DNA from: an uncultured virus (IMG/VR IMGVR_UViG_3300027782_003801)
Lineage: Duplodnaviria; Heunggongvirae; Uroviricota; Caudoviricetes
IMG/VR virus record: IMGVR_UViG_3300027782_003801
DNA: 64,000 nt
Strand: one strand, 5' to 3'
Of this stretch, positions 19,416 to 29,446 are shown one piece after another (position 1 is the stretch's first letter; the number at the start of each line of letters is the position of its first letter). A program made the position numbers and the translations under genes. The notes below the pieces were generated by a model that saw nothing but the letters and a program-made list of their open reading frames with translations, was not told where the DNA came from and made no database searches.

Positions 19416-20864
19416 ATGTCAAAAGAATTAAGTGATTGGAGAGATGAACATTTAAATAAAATAAGTTGTAGTTTTTGTGCCGCAAAATGGTTAAATGTTA
19501 GTTTACATTTGGGACATGGTTTTACAAACTCATGTCATTTACCATTACCACATCCAATAGATGTTGAAGCAATTAAAAAAAATCCAGCAGCATTACATAA
19601 TACTGATTTTAAAAAGGAAATCCGTAAAATGATGTTAGAGGGTGTTAAACCGGCAGAATGTTCTTACTGTTGGAAGATTGAGGATATTGGTAGAAATAAC
19701 ATTTCAGATAGAGTATATAAGAGTCAAATATATAGTCCCGAAGATATTGAGGCATTAAAAGAACTACCTTGGGATGCGGATATTATACCTCAAACTATGG
19801 AGGTTAGTTTTGACAGAACATGTAATTTTGCATGTTCATATTGTAATTCAGGATACTCAACAACATGGGGTAAAGATATTAGAGATAACGGACCATATCA
19901 AAATTTTAAAACCACAAGTGCAGGTGCTTATTACGCAGATGGTTCTTGGTCAGAGATTTATGGTAAATACAATGAAAACAATCCATATGTGGATGCTTTC
20001 TTAAAATGGTGGCCTGAATTGTCAGAAAAATTAATGGAAATACGTATAACTGGAGGTGAACCATCACAGTCACGTAATTTTTGGCAGTTCATGGATATAA
20101 TGAAACAATACCCATCCCCTAATTTACGACTTGCAGTCAATTCTAACCTAGGTCTTAATGAAACGACTGTGAATAGGTTAATTAGTATATCTCACGAATT
20201 AGACATCAAAGAATTCGATTTATATACAAGTTGCGAAGCTTACGGCGCACAAGCAGAATATATTAGAGATGGTTTAAATTATGAACTATGGAGAAGTAAT
20301 TTAGTTAAAGTAATTGAGAATGCTAAAATTAGACAAGTTGTTATTATGATGACAATTAATAGTTTGTGTTTATTTAGTATTACCGAATTTTTAGACGATA
20401 TGTTAACATTGAAAGAAAAGTATGGTACACATAAACCAATTGTTGATTTTAATATATTAAGATGGCCAGCATTTATGTCACCACTTACATTACCTGACGA
20501 TGTCAAACACGATTTACACGGTAAACTATCAATGTGGTGGAGAAAACACAAAAAGAATCCATTAATCAATATGCATGAAGGTGCGCAAATTCAAAGATTG
20601 ATTGATTACATTGAAGTTGTTAATAGAGGTCATAATACAAGTGAAATGGATATGTCAATGCAATATCATGATTTTAAAAGTTTCTATGTTCAATATGATA
20701 TTAGAAGAAATAAGAATTTTGTTGAAACATTCCCTGAGTTGGAAGATTGGTATAATTCATTAGTTATTGATAATACCATAAAGGATGTAAAAGTTACTGA
20801 CGGTAAAATAACACATTTTGAATCTGGTGTGTATGTTTCAGATAAAGAAAACTACAATAAGTAA
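19416..20864 (+). CDS. Twitch-domain radical SAM enzyme
   Basis: CAAKW..SCHLP..CSYCW; CNFACSYC; TGGEP; paralogue of the 16579 C-terminal part. Confidence 0.9.
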   Translation: MSKELSDWRDEHLNKISCSFCAAKWLNVSLHLGHGFTNSCHLPLPHPIDVEAIKKNPAALHNTDFKKEIRKMMLEGVKPAECSYCWKIEDIGRNNISDRVYKSQIYSPEDIEALKELPWDADIIPQTMEVSFDRTCNFACSYCNSGYSTTWGKDIRDNGPYQNFKTTSAGAYYADGSWSEIYGKYNENNPYVDAFLKWWPELSEKLMEIRITGGEPSQSRNFWQFMDIMKQYPSPNLRLAVNSNLGLNETTVNRLISISHELDIKEFDLYTSCEAYGAQAEYIRDGLNYELWRSNLVKVIENAKIRQVVIMMTINSLCLFSITEFLDDMLTLKEKYGTHKPIVDFNILRWPAFMSPLTLPDDVKHDLHGKLSMWWRKHKKNPLINMHEGAQIQRLIDYIEVVNRGHNTSEMDMSMQYHDFKSFYVQYDIRRNKNFVETFPELEDWYNSLVIDNTIKDVKVTDGKITHFESGVYVSDKENYNK

Positions 20865-20868
20865 TTAA

Positions 20869-20958
20869 ATGAATAAGATTTATTCAAAAGTAATTCCTGA
20901 ATATACATTTGAAAGTTTAATGGATGAAATGATTGACTATTGGATAAAAAAATATTAA
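20869..20958 (+). pseudogene. 29-codon remnant carrying the C-terminal end of a GDP-mannose 4,6-dehydratase
   Basis: MNKIYSKVIPEYTFESLMDEMIDYWIKKY matches PEYTFEGMMDEMIEHWMRIY of the 63774 gene. Confidence 0.7.
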
Positions 20959-20968
20959 ATTTAACATT

Positions 20969-22093
20969 ATGGATTATAAAAAAACACTTAGGTGGACTGA
21001 ACCATATAATGGTTGGGTGAATGGAGATACTGGTTTATGTAACCGAATTTTTCATTGGGAAATTGCACATGAAATAAATAAAAATTCTAATTTTCAATAT
21101 AAAATAGTATTAGAAAATTTACAATGGCCAGAATTATCCTTAATTCATTTACCCGATACTGCAACACATATTAATAGTGAATATGAACATGGTGTAAGAT
21201 ACGAAAAAGAATACCAACGTTTGAGGTTTTTAACTGTATTTGATATTGAAAATCAAAATGTTAAATTATCATCTAAAATCACAAAACAAATTGTCGAAAA
21301 TATGTTTCAAAGTGATAATTTTTATTTATCGGGAAGTGACCATTTTTATTCTGATTTTGGATACAATGAAATAAATAAATTATATGTAAAACCAGTTGAA
21401 AAAAGACCATTATCTTTTATTAAGTTAAGACATACTTTTATTGAAGATTTTCTTAGAAAAAATACATTTGATGTTGTAGGTATACATATTAGAAGAAATG
21501 CGGGTGTACATTATACTGAAGAAGATTTAAAAACTTTGTCACCTGACATCAAAGAAAAATACGTAAAATATCACCAAGAAACTACGGTAAAAAATAGAAT
21601 AATAGAATATGTTCAAGATTCTAAATATTTTAATATTATGGATAATATGTTAAAAATTAATCCTGAACAAAAATTTTATATTAGTACTGATTTACCTTTA
21701 ACAATGTTAAGTAATTTTAAAAAAATTTATGGTGATAAGATTATCACAAGAAATGAGTTATTTGGTCCTGTTAGAGACCATTTATTAAATGGTGGGGTGG
21801 ATATAAATAAATTAAAAAGAGGAGATGTTATAGAAAACATTATAGATTTATTTGCTTTGAGTTTTTGTAAATTCTTAATTAAAACTAATAACAGTACTTG
21901 GAGTGAATTCGCTCAAGAATATAGAAATCAACCTTCTTTTTTCGTAAATGATAATTGGCAAACAATGATTCGTCCTAAGTATATAAGGCCAATGTGGGGT
22001 CAACCTGGTGATTATGACTTTAATGGTGATGATTTACATTATGAAAAAATGGCAAAATCATTGTATCTTGAAGAAGATGAGTCAAATATGTAA
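20969..22093 (+). CDS. Fucosyltransferase-like GT-B enzyme (GT11/GT23/O-FucT superfamily)
   Basis: GLCNRIF, VGIHIRR, FYISTD, DLFALSFCKFLI...STWS motifs. Confidence 0.7.
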   Translation: MDYKKTLRWTEPYNGWVNGDTGLCNRIFHWEIAHEINKNSNFQYKIVLENLQWPELSLIHLPDTATHINSEYEHGVRYEKEYQRLRFLTVFDIENQNVKLSSKITKQIVENMFQSDNFYLSGSDHFYSDFGYNEINKLYVKPVEKRPLSFIKLRHTFIEDFLRKNTFDVVGIHIRRNAGVHYTEEDLKTLSPDIKEKYVKYHQETTVKNRIIEYVQDSKYFNIMDNMLKINPEQKFYISTDLPLTMLSNFKKIYGDKIITRNELFGPVRDHLLNGGVDINKLKRGDVIENIIDLFALSFCKFLIKTNNSTWSEFAQEYRNQPSFFVNDNWQTMIRPKYIRPMWGQPGDYDFNGDDLHYEKMAKSLYLEEDESNM

Positions 22094-22096
22094 AAT

Positions 22097-23107
22097 ATGG
22101 TACAATGTAATAATGAGTGGGGTAAATTAAGAGAAGTAATTGTTGGTACAATTGACAACGCTAACATGCCAAAACATGGTGAGGATTTACATGCAATAAA
22201 TTATGCCGATAAAGACACAATACCCAATATTGAACAAGGTAAGTTTGATGATGTTGTTTATGAGGAAACACATGAAGATTTAGAAAAGTTAGTCAATACG
22301 TTGATTGATTGTGGGGTTACCGTCAAAAGACCAAAACCAATCGAAACACAAAATAAAATAAGTAATGGTTTTTGGGAAACTGACCAATACTATACATTTT
22401 GTCCTAGAGATACGGTATCAGTAATAGGAAATACAATTTTAGAAGCTCCAATGAGTTTGAGGTCCAGACAATATGAAACATATTGTTTTAGAGATCAATT
22501 TATTGAATATATGGAACAAGGTGTAAGATGGGTATCTGCCCCAAGACCAAGATTGTTAGATGATAGTTACCAAAGAGACGATTTAAGTAAATTAACATTA
22601 ACTGAAAAGGAACCTGTGTTTGATGCTGCTAATATTTTGAAATGTAATAATGATATTTTATATCTTGTAAGTAACACTGGCAACAAACTTGGAGCAAAAT
22701 GGTTACAAAACCTATTAGGAGACCAATACAAGGTACATATCCTTGAAAACATGTATTCATATAGTCATTTAGATTCAACGATTGCATTACTTCGTGAGGG
22801 TCTTTGTTTATTAAACCCATCTAGAGTAAATGACAGTAATATGCCTGAAGTTCTAAAATCGTGGGATAAAATATGGTCACCACCAATGGTGGATATCGGT
22901 TACCATAAAGTACAGCGAGCATCGACTTGGATTGGGATTAATTTATTATCAGTAGACGAAAAAACAGTTATAGTTGATAACTCACAAAAAGAATTAATAA
23001 AAGAATTAAAAAAACATAAAATTGAATCTCTCGATTGTAGAATTAGACATGCAAGAACGTTAGGTGGTTCATTTCACTGTGTGACAACAGACATATTAAG
23101 AGATTAA
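22097..23107 (+). CDS. Amidinotransferase (AGAT/StrB1 family)
   Basis: NEWGKLREVIVG, CPRD, FDAAN, HLDST, GGSFHCVT with the catalytic Cys. Confidence 0.9.
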   Translation: MVQCNNEWGKLREVIVGTIDNANMPKHGEDLHAINYADKDTIPNIEQGKFDDVVYEETHEDLEKLVNTLIDCGVTVKRPKPIETQNKISNGFWETDQYYTFCPRDTVSVIGNTILEAPMSLRSRQYETYCFRDQFIEYMEQGVRWVSAPRPRLLDDSYQRDDLSKLTLTEKEPVFDAANILKCNNDILYLVSNTGNKLGAKWLQNLLGDQYKVHILENMYSYSHLDSTIALLREGLCLLNPSRVNDSNMPEVLKSWDKIWSPPMVDIGYHKVQRASTWIGINLLSVDEKTVIVDNSQKELIKELKKHKIESLDCRIRHARTLGGSFHCVTTDILRD

Positions 23108-23109
23108 AA

Positions 23110-24408
23110 ATGAAAAAAGTAAATTTTATATTTGAAGATATTGGTAATAGAGTAAATTTTGAATCATGTAATGATGTGAACACATCTGGAATTAAAAGAT
23201 TTTGGGTATCACCATTATTAAATGCTGCCGCTGTGTATCATTCATTCTATCCTGAAGATAATAAAACACAATTTTTTAACATACATGATGATTTAACTTA
23301 TGTTGAAGATTACATTATATGTTCCGCTGTTAATCATAGTCCAGACGATTGGACAGGATATAACCCAAAAGTGAAAAGTTTATTTTTATATTTGAATGAG
23401 AAATATATTAGAGATTTAAGAAATGGTACCGCTTTATTAATGTTAGATTCAAGTTTTGAGGGATATCAAACTAGTTGGTTGTTCGATTGGTTTCATAACG
23501 AATGTAAAAATTATGAAATATCACCTAAACAAATAATATATGTGACAGGTAATATGATTGTTAATGACATATATCAAGTTTGGTGTAACCAAAATAATAT
23601 CACTGAAAAAATGAAAGTAATTGGTTATTCTCATTTTGAATTGGATGTTGCAATGACCACCAAAGGTAAAATAAAAGAATATAACCCATTACCTTCTTAT
23701 GAACATAATGTAGTTTATAAGTTAGAAAATTTATCTAAAATAAAAACATATGCGTGTCAAAATAAAAGAATTAGACACCAAAGAATATGGTTTTATAAAT
23801 ATCTACACGATTCGGGGTTATTAGATAGAGGAATTGTTAGTATGAATAATTTCCCAATATATGATTATACTTGGGAAGGGGCTTATATGACGGAACATGA
23901 AGCTAAAAATTTAAATGATACGTTACCTAAACTAATATATGATAAAAGAAATGATGAGTTGGATGATAATTATTACATTAGAAGATTTAATGACCAAGTT
24001 TGTTTAGATACATTTCTAACTGTAATTAGCGAAGCTCAATGTGGGGATAGGGATGAGACTATGTTTATAAGTGAAAAGACATTTAAAGTTATGGCATGCA
24101 GTCACCCATTTATTATTATGGGTAATAAAAATACGATGTCAAAACTTAGAGAAATGGGTTATAAAACATTCAACGGACTAATTGATGAAGAATATGATAA
24201 TTTATCAACACACGAAAGATTACAACATATTATAAAATCAATTAATAATGTTGACAAAGTAGAAAATAAATTAGATTGGTACCTCTCAACTAAAGAAATT
24301 GTGAAACATAATCACGATGTGTTAATTGGTAAATTAGATAAGGTTCCTGATGCGTTTAAAGAAGTATTGGATTATTATAATGTAATATTTCCATCTAAAA
24401 TAATATAA
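23110..24408 (+). CDS. Uncharacterised GT10-like family protein, paralogue 1
   Basis: NKRIRHQR; VISE..FISEKTFK..HPFII.GN..LREMGYKTF..IDEEYD. Confidence 0.6.
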   Translation: MKKVNFIFEDIGNRVNFESCNDVNTSGIKRFWVSPLLNAAAVYHSFYPEDNKTQFFNIHDDLTYVEDYIICSAVNHSPDDWTGYNPKVKSLFLYLNEKYIRDLRNGTALLMLDSSFEGYQTSWLFDWFHNECKNYEISPKQIIYVTGNMIVNDIYQVWCNQNNITEKMKVIGYSHFELDVAMTTKGKIKEYNPLPSYEHNVVYKLENLSKIKTYACQNKRIRHQRIWFYKYLHDSGLLDRGIVSMNNFPIYDYTWEGAYMTEHEAKNLNDTLPKLIYDKRNDELDDNYYIRRFNDQVCLDTFLTVISEAQCGDRDETMFISEKTFKVMACSHPFIIMGNKNTMSKLREMGYKTFNGLIDEEYDNLSTHERLQHIIKSINNVDKVENKLDWYLSTKEIVKHNHDVLIGKLDKVPDAFKEVLDYYNVIFPSKII

Positions 24409-24427
24409 TAAAAATAAAATATATTTT

Positions 24428-25402
24428 ATGTTTGATTGGTACAAATTTGATATGGTAAAACCTATAGATAAAAATTCTAAAATTTTAATAGGATTAGGTG
24501 ATGGTTTTGTTAATGGACACGGAGCGTGCTCAAATGAGTTATGGGAAAAATGTAATTGGGATTTGAATAATGTGACACACGATAACATTAAAGAATATCA
24601 AATGTCATTTTATAAAAATTCATGGGTACATAAAATATGTGAAAATTATATGACCGAATATATACCAATTAATATGGGTATTACGGGTGTTGGAAATAGA
24701 GGAGCAGTTAAGGAATTATATCTACATCCAGAATTAAATATTGAATCCGCGGCAGAAAAGGTTGTTGTCTTTATGTTATCAGATTTTGAAAAATTTGATT
24801 TTATACATAGAGAATATTTTGAACACATTCATTTTGAAACTATTCAACCAATGTTAAATCAATCCACATCTAAAAGAGAATTATGGGATAGTTTTACGAA
24901 ACATGCTTATAGTGATAGGGGAGGTCTTATTGAAACATTATTAGCTATAGCGGAGGCTAAAACATGGTGTAAAGCACATAATGCAACATTATTACTCACA
25001 AGTTCAACTAGATATGAATATAATCACGATTATTTTGTAAAAACAATACTTGAAGATTGTGAATGTGATAAAGGTAGAACACCAAATTACCTCTTAGATA
25101 GACCCACATATGTGGGAACAATATCTAATTTTATTAGTTGGGAAGATTTTTTTAGACCGGCTGGACATCATTGCTTGACTGATTATTTACTTGAATTGGA
25201 AAATAAGGACATTTTAGCGAATACAAAGTATTCTGAAAAATACTACGATTATTCGTATGGACTTGAAAAAATAAGTGAAAATGGATATATTACAAATTCA
25301 TCATATCCTTCAGAAAAGGGACATGAAAAAATTGCTAATATTATATCCAATCATATCACACATTTAAAAAATAAAAAACCAATAAAAAATAAGAAAAAAT
25401 AA
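24428..25402 (+). CDS. SGNH/GDSL-fold protein with degenerate catalytic residues
   Basis: LGDGF instead of GDSF, INMGITGVGN block, SSYPSEKGH instead of DxHPxxxGH. Confidence 0.6.
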   Translation: MFDWYKFDMVKPIDKNSKILIGLGDGFVNGHGACSNELWEKCNWDLNNVTHDNIKEYQMSFYKNSWVHKICENYMTEYIPINMGITGVGNRGAVKELYLHPELNIESAAEKVVVFMLSDFEKFDFIHREYFEHIHFETIQPMLNQSTSKRELWDSFTKHAYSDRGGLIETLLAIAEAKTWCKAHNATLLLTSSTRYEYNHDYFVKTILEDCECDKGRTPNYLLDRPTYVGTISNFISWEDFFRPAGHHCLTDYLLELENKDILANTKYSEKYYDYSYGLEKISENGYITNSSYPSEKGHEKIANIISNHITHLKNKKPIKNKKK

Positions 25403-25403
25403 T

Positions 25404-25841
25404 ATGAATAAAGAAAGAAAATATCTACCAACATTGGCGGAATTAATTGACAGGTTAAGTATATCACAATTAAAAGAAGTATTTATAACTGAACATAAAG
25501 ACGAATATTCACAAGAAATAAATGACATTCAACACGATATACAGTTATTCTTAAATGAACACCCAGATGCGTTAAATGCGGAAACAATCAGGGCAATAGT
25601 TGTTTTGGCTCAAACTAATTTACACATTTGGCATAATGAATCAAATTATCGTAAAGGAATTAAAGAAGGCAATAATTTAGAATTAACACATGGATTAAAT
25701 GGTGTTAGAAATACCGCAAAAAATAAAATACAAGAGGTTGTGGGAGGTAGAAAAGATTATAAACTTGATTGTTTAGCTGCGGAGTTTCAAAATTGGGGAA
25801 TTAGTTGGAATAGAACTGATATAACAGAAGAAGAAGGTTAA
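25404..25841 (+). CDS. DUF6165-like helical protein
   Basis: TLAELIDRLSI..LK, N..IW..E, LN..RN..KNKI pattern. Confidence 0.55.
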   Translation: MNKERKYLPTLAELIDRLSISQLKEVFITEHKDEYSQEINDIQHDIQLFLNEHPDALNAETIRAIVVLAQTNLHIWHNESNYRKGIKEGNNLELTHGLNGVRNTAKNKIQEVVGGRKDYKLDCLAAEFQNWGISWNRTDITEEEG

Positions 25842-25851
25842 ATATGATTTT

Positions 25852-26463
25852 ATGTACACAAAATATAAAAAAGATTTACTGGAAGTTGGATACACAGTAA
25901 TCGACAATTTTTTACCAATAGACGTGGCAAAAAAAATCCATGATTTATATATTAATGAAAAATCTTGGGAACACAAACATCAGGTAAGGGCACATCATTT
26001 TGAACATGTATTTAAAACGGATTCACCATATCTACCAAAAGGGGATGAGATATACTCATCAAAATTTAGTAGATCTGAGGAGTTAGAAAAAAATGAATTT
26101 ATTCCAAAAGTGTATGACGAATTTTTTGTACCAATGTTAAAAGAAGTATCACCATTTGATTTAAATGAATTTGATATTAGGTGTCATAAATTAGATAGTG
26201 GAGATTATTATAGGATGCATATTGACGATTACGGTGGAGATATTAATTTAATCTACTACGTTAACGAAAAATGGGTATGGGATTGGGGTGGAATTTTAAA
26301 TATTGTTGATGATAAAGATGTTGAATTTAATAAACAACTTTTACCTAAATTCAATAGAGTGGCATTATTAAATAACAAAGTTTTTAGATCACCACACTTT
26401 GTTAGTTCCGTCGAAGAGTACGCACAATTTCCAAGATACTCAATAGTATCGTTTAATAAATAA
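25852..26463 (+). CDS. 2OG-Fe(II) oxygenase
   Basis: HID, IYYVN..W..DWGG.L, PKFNR, H and R of the 2OG site. Confidence 0.85.
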   Translation: MYTKYKKDLLEVGYTVIDNFLPIDVAKKIHDLYINEKSWEHKHQVRAHHFEHVFKTDSPYLPKGDEIYSSKFSRSEELEKNEFIPKVYDEFFVPMLKEVSPFDLNEFDIRCHKLDSGDYYRMHIDDYGGDINLIYYVNEKWVWDWGGILNIVDDKDVEFNKQLLPKFNRVALLNNKVFRSPHFVSSVEEYAQFPRYSIVSFNK

Positions 26464-26464
26464 A

Positions 26465-26986
26465 TTAATAAAGTTCGGGGTATTCAACTAAAACATGGAT
26501 ACCCCCTTCTTTTGTCACATATTTGTAAGCTAATTCAACATCCGAAGGAGTTTTTAAATCGTGAAATTCAATATTTTTACAAAGTGATTTATACTCCTCC
26601 AAATAGTTTCCTTTATGTTGATGACCTGGGTCGATTGGTTTATCTGACCCCTTACCAACTCTAACAATCATATTTGGATTCCATTCATCGTTACTCATTA
26701 GTTTAATCTTATCAACGTGACTAATCAATTGATTTGAAGCACATATTAAGAAATCCCAACGAGGGTAAAAGGTAATCACAAATTTTCCAGTTAAAGATAA
26801 ACCTAATGACATACCCATTTGTGAATCTTCCATAACGGGCATCTCAATCATTTTTTCTTTTGGTACGTTTATTAATGTACCTGACATGGGGTTACCAGCC
26901 CACACGATTTGTTGACCAATAAATATCGTATCTTCTCTTTGACCCAAGATGGTCATAGATTCTGTTAATTGTTCTTTGTATGTCAT
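26465..26986 (-). CDS. TPP-dependent E1 beta-like subunit (PYR domain only)
   Basis: FIGQ, EMPVMEDSQMGMSLGL, DFLICASNQL, PGHQH; lacks the C-terminal domain. Confidence 0.8.
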   Translation of the reverse strand: MTYKEQLTESMTILGQREDTIFIGQQIVWAGNPMSGTLINVPKEKMIEMPVMEDSQMGMSLGLSLTGKFVITFYPRWDFLICASNQLISHVDKIKLMSNDEWNPNMIVRVGKGSDKPIDPGHQHKGNYLEEYKSLCKNIEFHDLKTPSDVELAYKYVTKEGGIHVLVEYPELY

Positions 26987-28179
26987 ATTAAGTTTTTAAA
27001 GTAGTTAGTATCTTTTTCATTATTCATAACTAATAAATTAATTTCTCTATTTTTCATAAATCTATTTTCATTAGTACGATAAAAATCTATAATTTCGTCT
27101 CTTATATTATCCAATCTTATAATCTCATCGATAATCATCTTCATTCTTTTTCCGTTGTCAGGTTCTTCATCATAACTATGATTAATAATATCATCAAAAA
27201 AATCAAACCCATATAATTCTCTCATTTTTTTAACATGATGTTTAGTAGCAACGAAAATAGGTAATTGTAAAAAATTAAAAGGTAAAAATGATTTTTCACT
27301 AGGTTGAATGATATACGATGGTTCAAAGTGGGTTTCAGTAACAATATTAATATATGAATGACCATATGAATTCATTCTGAAAGTTACTGACCTTTCCAAC
27401 AAATGAGGAGGAAAATCAAACTCTTCTATTGTTTCAAAAACACTTTTTTTAATACCATAATTTTTAAAATAATCAATATATTCTTTTAAATCAACTATTT
27501 CTTCTTGAGTGAATATATTATTTAGTAACCACGGAACAATATTACCGTCAGAATCAAAAAAATTATCTTTTAACTCGTTTCCCCTAATGAAACTCCAATC
27601 AACTTTATCAAGTAAATTGTATTTTTTTAAAAGACACAATAACGCAATTCTATGTGATTTAACCATTCTATTATGTGTCATAAATAAAAATTCTTTATTT
27701 ACCATAAAAGGATAGTCATATTTTGACATTTCCCTTACCGACACCACACTAGCCCAATCAACTCTGTGAACATTAACATCACTACCAGTAAATTCTTTTA
27801 ATTCCTCTAATTTAACATTATTACATAAAAAATGAAATTGTTTTGGATTTAAATTATCTAAACGTAATGTATTTTCTAATACATTTAATACATTTTCACC
27901 ATCAGATTCATGTTCGTTTAAAATTATAAAATGAAAATTTTCACATTCTCTTAAAATAGATTTCATCTCATCAGTTATTGGTAATCCATTTGTGTTTTTA
28001 AATAGAGGTTCTAAATATGCGTTTGTTTTATAAATGTAATAAAACTTTTCATTAGGTTTATCTTTTATTGAATTTAATTTATAAAGTATATAATCATCTA
28101 TTTTGTAGTTATTCATTAAATCAATATAATACTCACGTAATGAATCACTATCGTATAATAAATTTAAAAATTTACCCAT
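26983..28179 (-). CDS. GT10-like family protein, paralogue 2
   Basis: HNRMVKSHR; SYINIVTET..PSEKSFLPF..QLPIF..FDFFDDIINHSYD. Confidence 0.6.
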   Translation of the reverse strand: MGKFLNLLYDSDSLREYYIDLMNNYKIDDYILYKLNSIKDKPNEKFYYIYKTNAYLEPLFKNTNGLPITDEMKSILRECENFHFIILNEHESDGENVLNVLENTLRLDNLNPKQFHFLCNNVKLEELKEFTGSDVNVHRVDWASVVSVREMSKYDYPFMVNKEFLFMTHNRMVKSHRIALLCLLKKYNLLDKVDWSFIRGNELKDNFFDSDGNIVPWLLNNIFTQEEIVDLKEYIDYFKNYGIKKSVFETIEEFDFPPHLLERSVTFRMNSYGHSYINIVTETHFEPSYIIQPSEKSFLPFNFLQLPIFVATKHHVKKMRELYGFDFFDDIINHSYDEEPDNGKRMKMIIDEIIRLDNIRDEIIDFYRTNENRFMKNREINLLVMNNEKDTNYFKNLI

Positions 28180-29446
28180 TTTTTTTATAAATTAAATTTT
28201 GAAAAAAATTATAATCGTCCTTGTTATTAATAATACTTAACGCCTTATCTTTATTTATTTGTAATCTATGTTCTATGTTTTTATAAAAATCAATTACCAT
28301 ATTTTTATTATTATATAATCTAGTTATTTCATTAAAAACCATAAAGAATCTTTTAATATGGTCAGGTTCTTCATCATAACTATGGTCAATTAAATCATCA
28401 AAAAAATCAAAATCATATCTTTCTTTTAATTTTTTAATGTGATGTCTCGTAGATAAAAAAATCGGAATTTGATAGAAATAAAAAGGAACATAAGATTTCT
28501 CAGAAATGTGAATACTAGTACTTAAAAATTCACTTTCAGATGTGATATTAATATATGATTTTGAAAATGAATTAATATCAAAAGCTTTCTCAAAATCTAA
28601 CTTAGGTCCGAAATTACCAACTTCACCAAATGAACATTCATCTTCATACTTACTTTTTTTAAAATCAAATTGTGCAAAATATTTTATTTCATCATATATG
28701 GAAGTAATTTCTTCATCGGTAAAAATCCTACCATACATATTAGTATCAATTGAACCATCCTCATTAAAATATCGTCTTTTAAAATCCCAACCTTGTATTA
28801 GAGACCAATCAACGTCATCTAACATATTATTTTTTTTCAATAAACATAAAAGACCATATCTATGAGGTTTAACAGCTCTATTATGTGACAAGAATAAGAA
28901 CTCTTTGTCCAACGTGTAAAAAGTTTTAGACCTTGACATTGTTGTTAAATTAACAATTGCCAAAGATTCCATAGTATATACGTTTATATTACTATTTGTC
29001 TCTTTTTTATAATCAATTAATGAACTATTATTATTTAAAAAATAAAATTGAGAAGTGTCTAAATTATTTAACAATAATGTATCGTTAATTAATTTAAATT
29101 CAATATCATCAATACCATAATCATTTTCATTAGTGAATATAATGTTAAAATTTTTATTATTTCTAATTACATTTAAGAAACTTTCAGGAAATGAAACATT
29201 GAACTCTTCCCCAAACAACCTTGTGGCATTTTGAATTTTAGGTATAAAATAATAATAATTCAAATTAGGATTTTCATACATGTCTTTCAATGTACAACTT
29301 TTAAAATTATCAATATTATATAAATTTACAAATCCAGATAACTCTAACATTCTTTCTTCAGGTGTTGTAAGTTTTCTTTTGAAGAAGAATAAATCAGCGT
29401 CAATATTATCTAAATTATCACAAATTACATTTAAAAAATCACCCAT
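28172..29446 (-). CDS. GT10-like family protein, paralogue 3
   Basis: HNRAVKPHR; SYINITSES..ISEKSYVPF..QIPIF..FDFFDDLIDHSYD; start moved to MGDFLN by similarity to MGKFLN of 26983. Confidence 0.6.
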   Translation of the reverse strand: MGDFLNVICDNLDNIDADLFFFKRKLTTPEERMLELSGFVNLYNIDNFKSCTLKDMYENPNLNYYYFIPKIQNATRLFGEEFNVSFPESFLNVIRNNKNFNIIFTNENDYGIDDIEFKLINDTLLLNNLDTSQFYFLNNNSSLIDYKKETNSNINVYTMESLAIVNLTTMSRSKTFYTLDKEFLFLSHNRAVKPHRYGLLCLLKKNNMLDDVDWSLIQGWDFKRRYFNEDGSIDTNMYGRIFTDEEITSIYDEIKYFAQFDFKKSKYEDECSFGEVGNFGPKLDFEKAFDINSFSKSYINITSESEFLSTSIHISEKSYVPFYFYQIPIFLSTRHHIKKLKERYDFDFFDDLIDHSYDEEPDHIKRFFMVFNEITRLYNNKNMVIDFYKNIEHRLQINKDKALSIINNKDDYNFFQNLIYKKNG

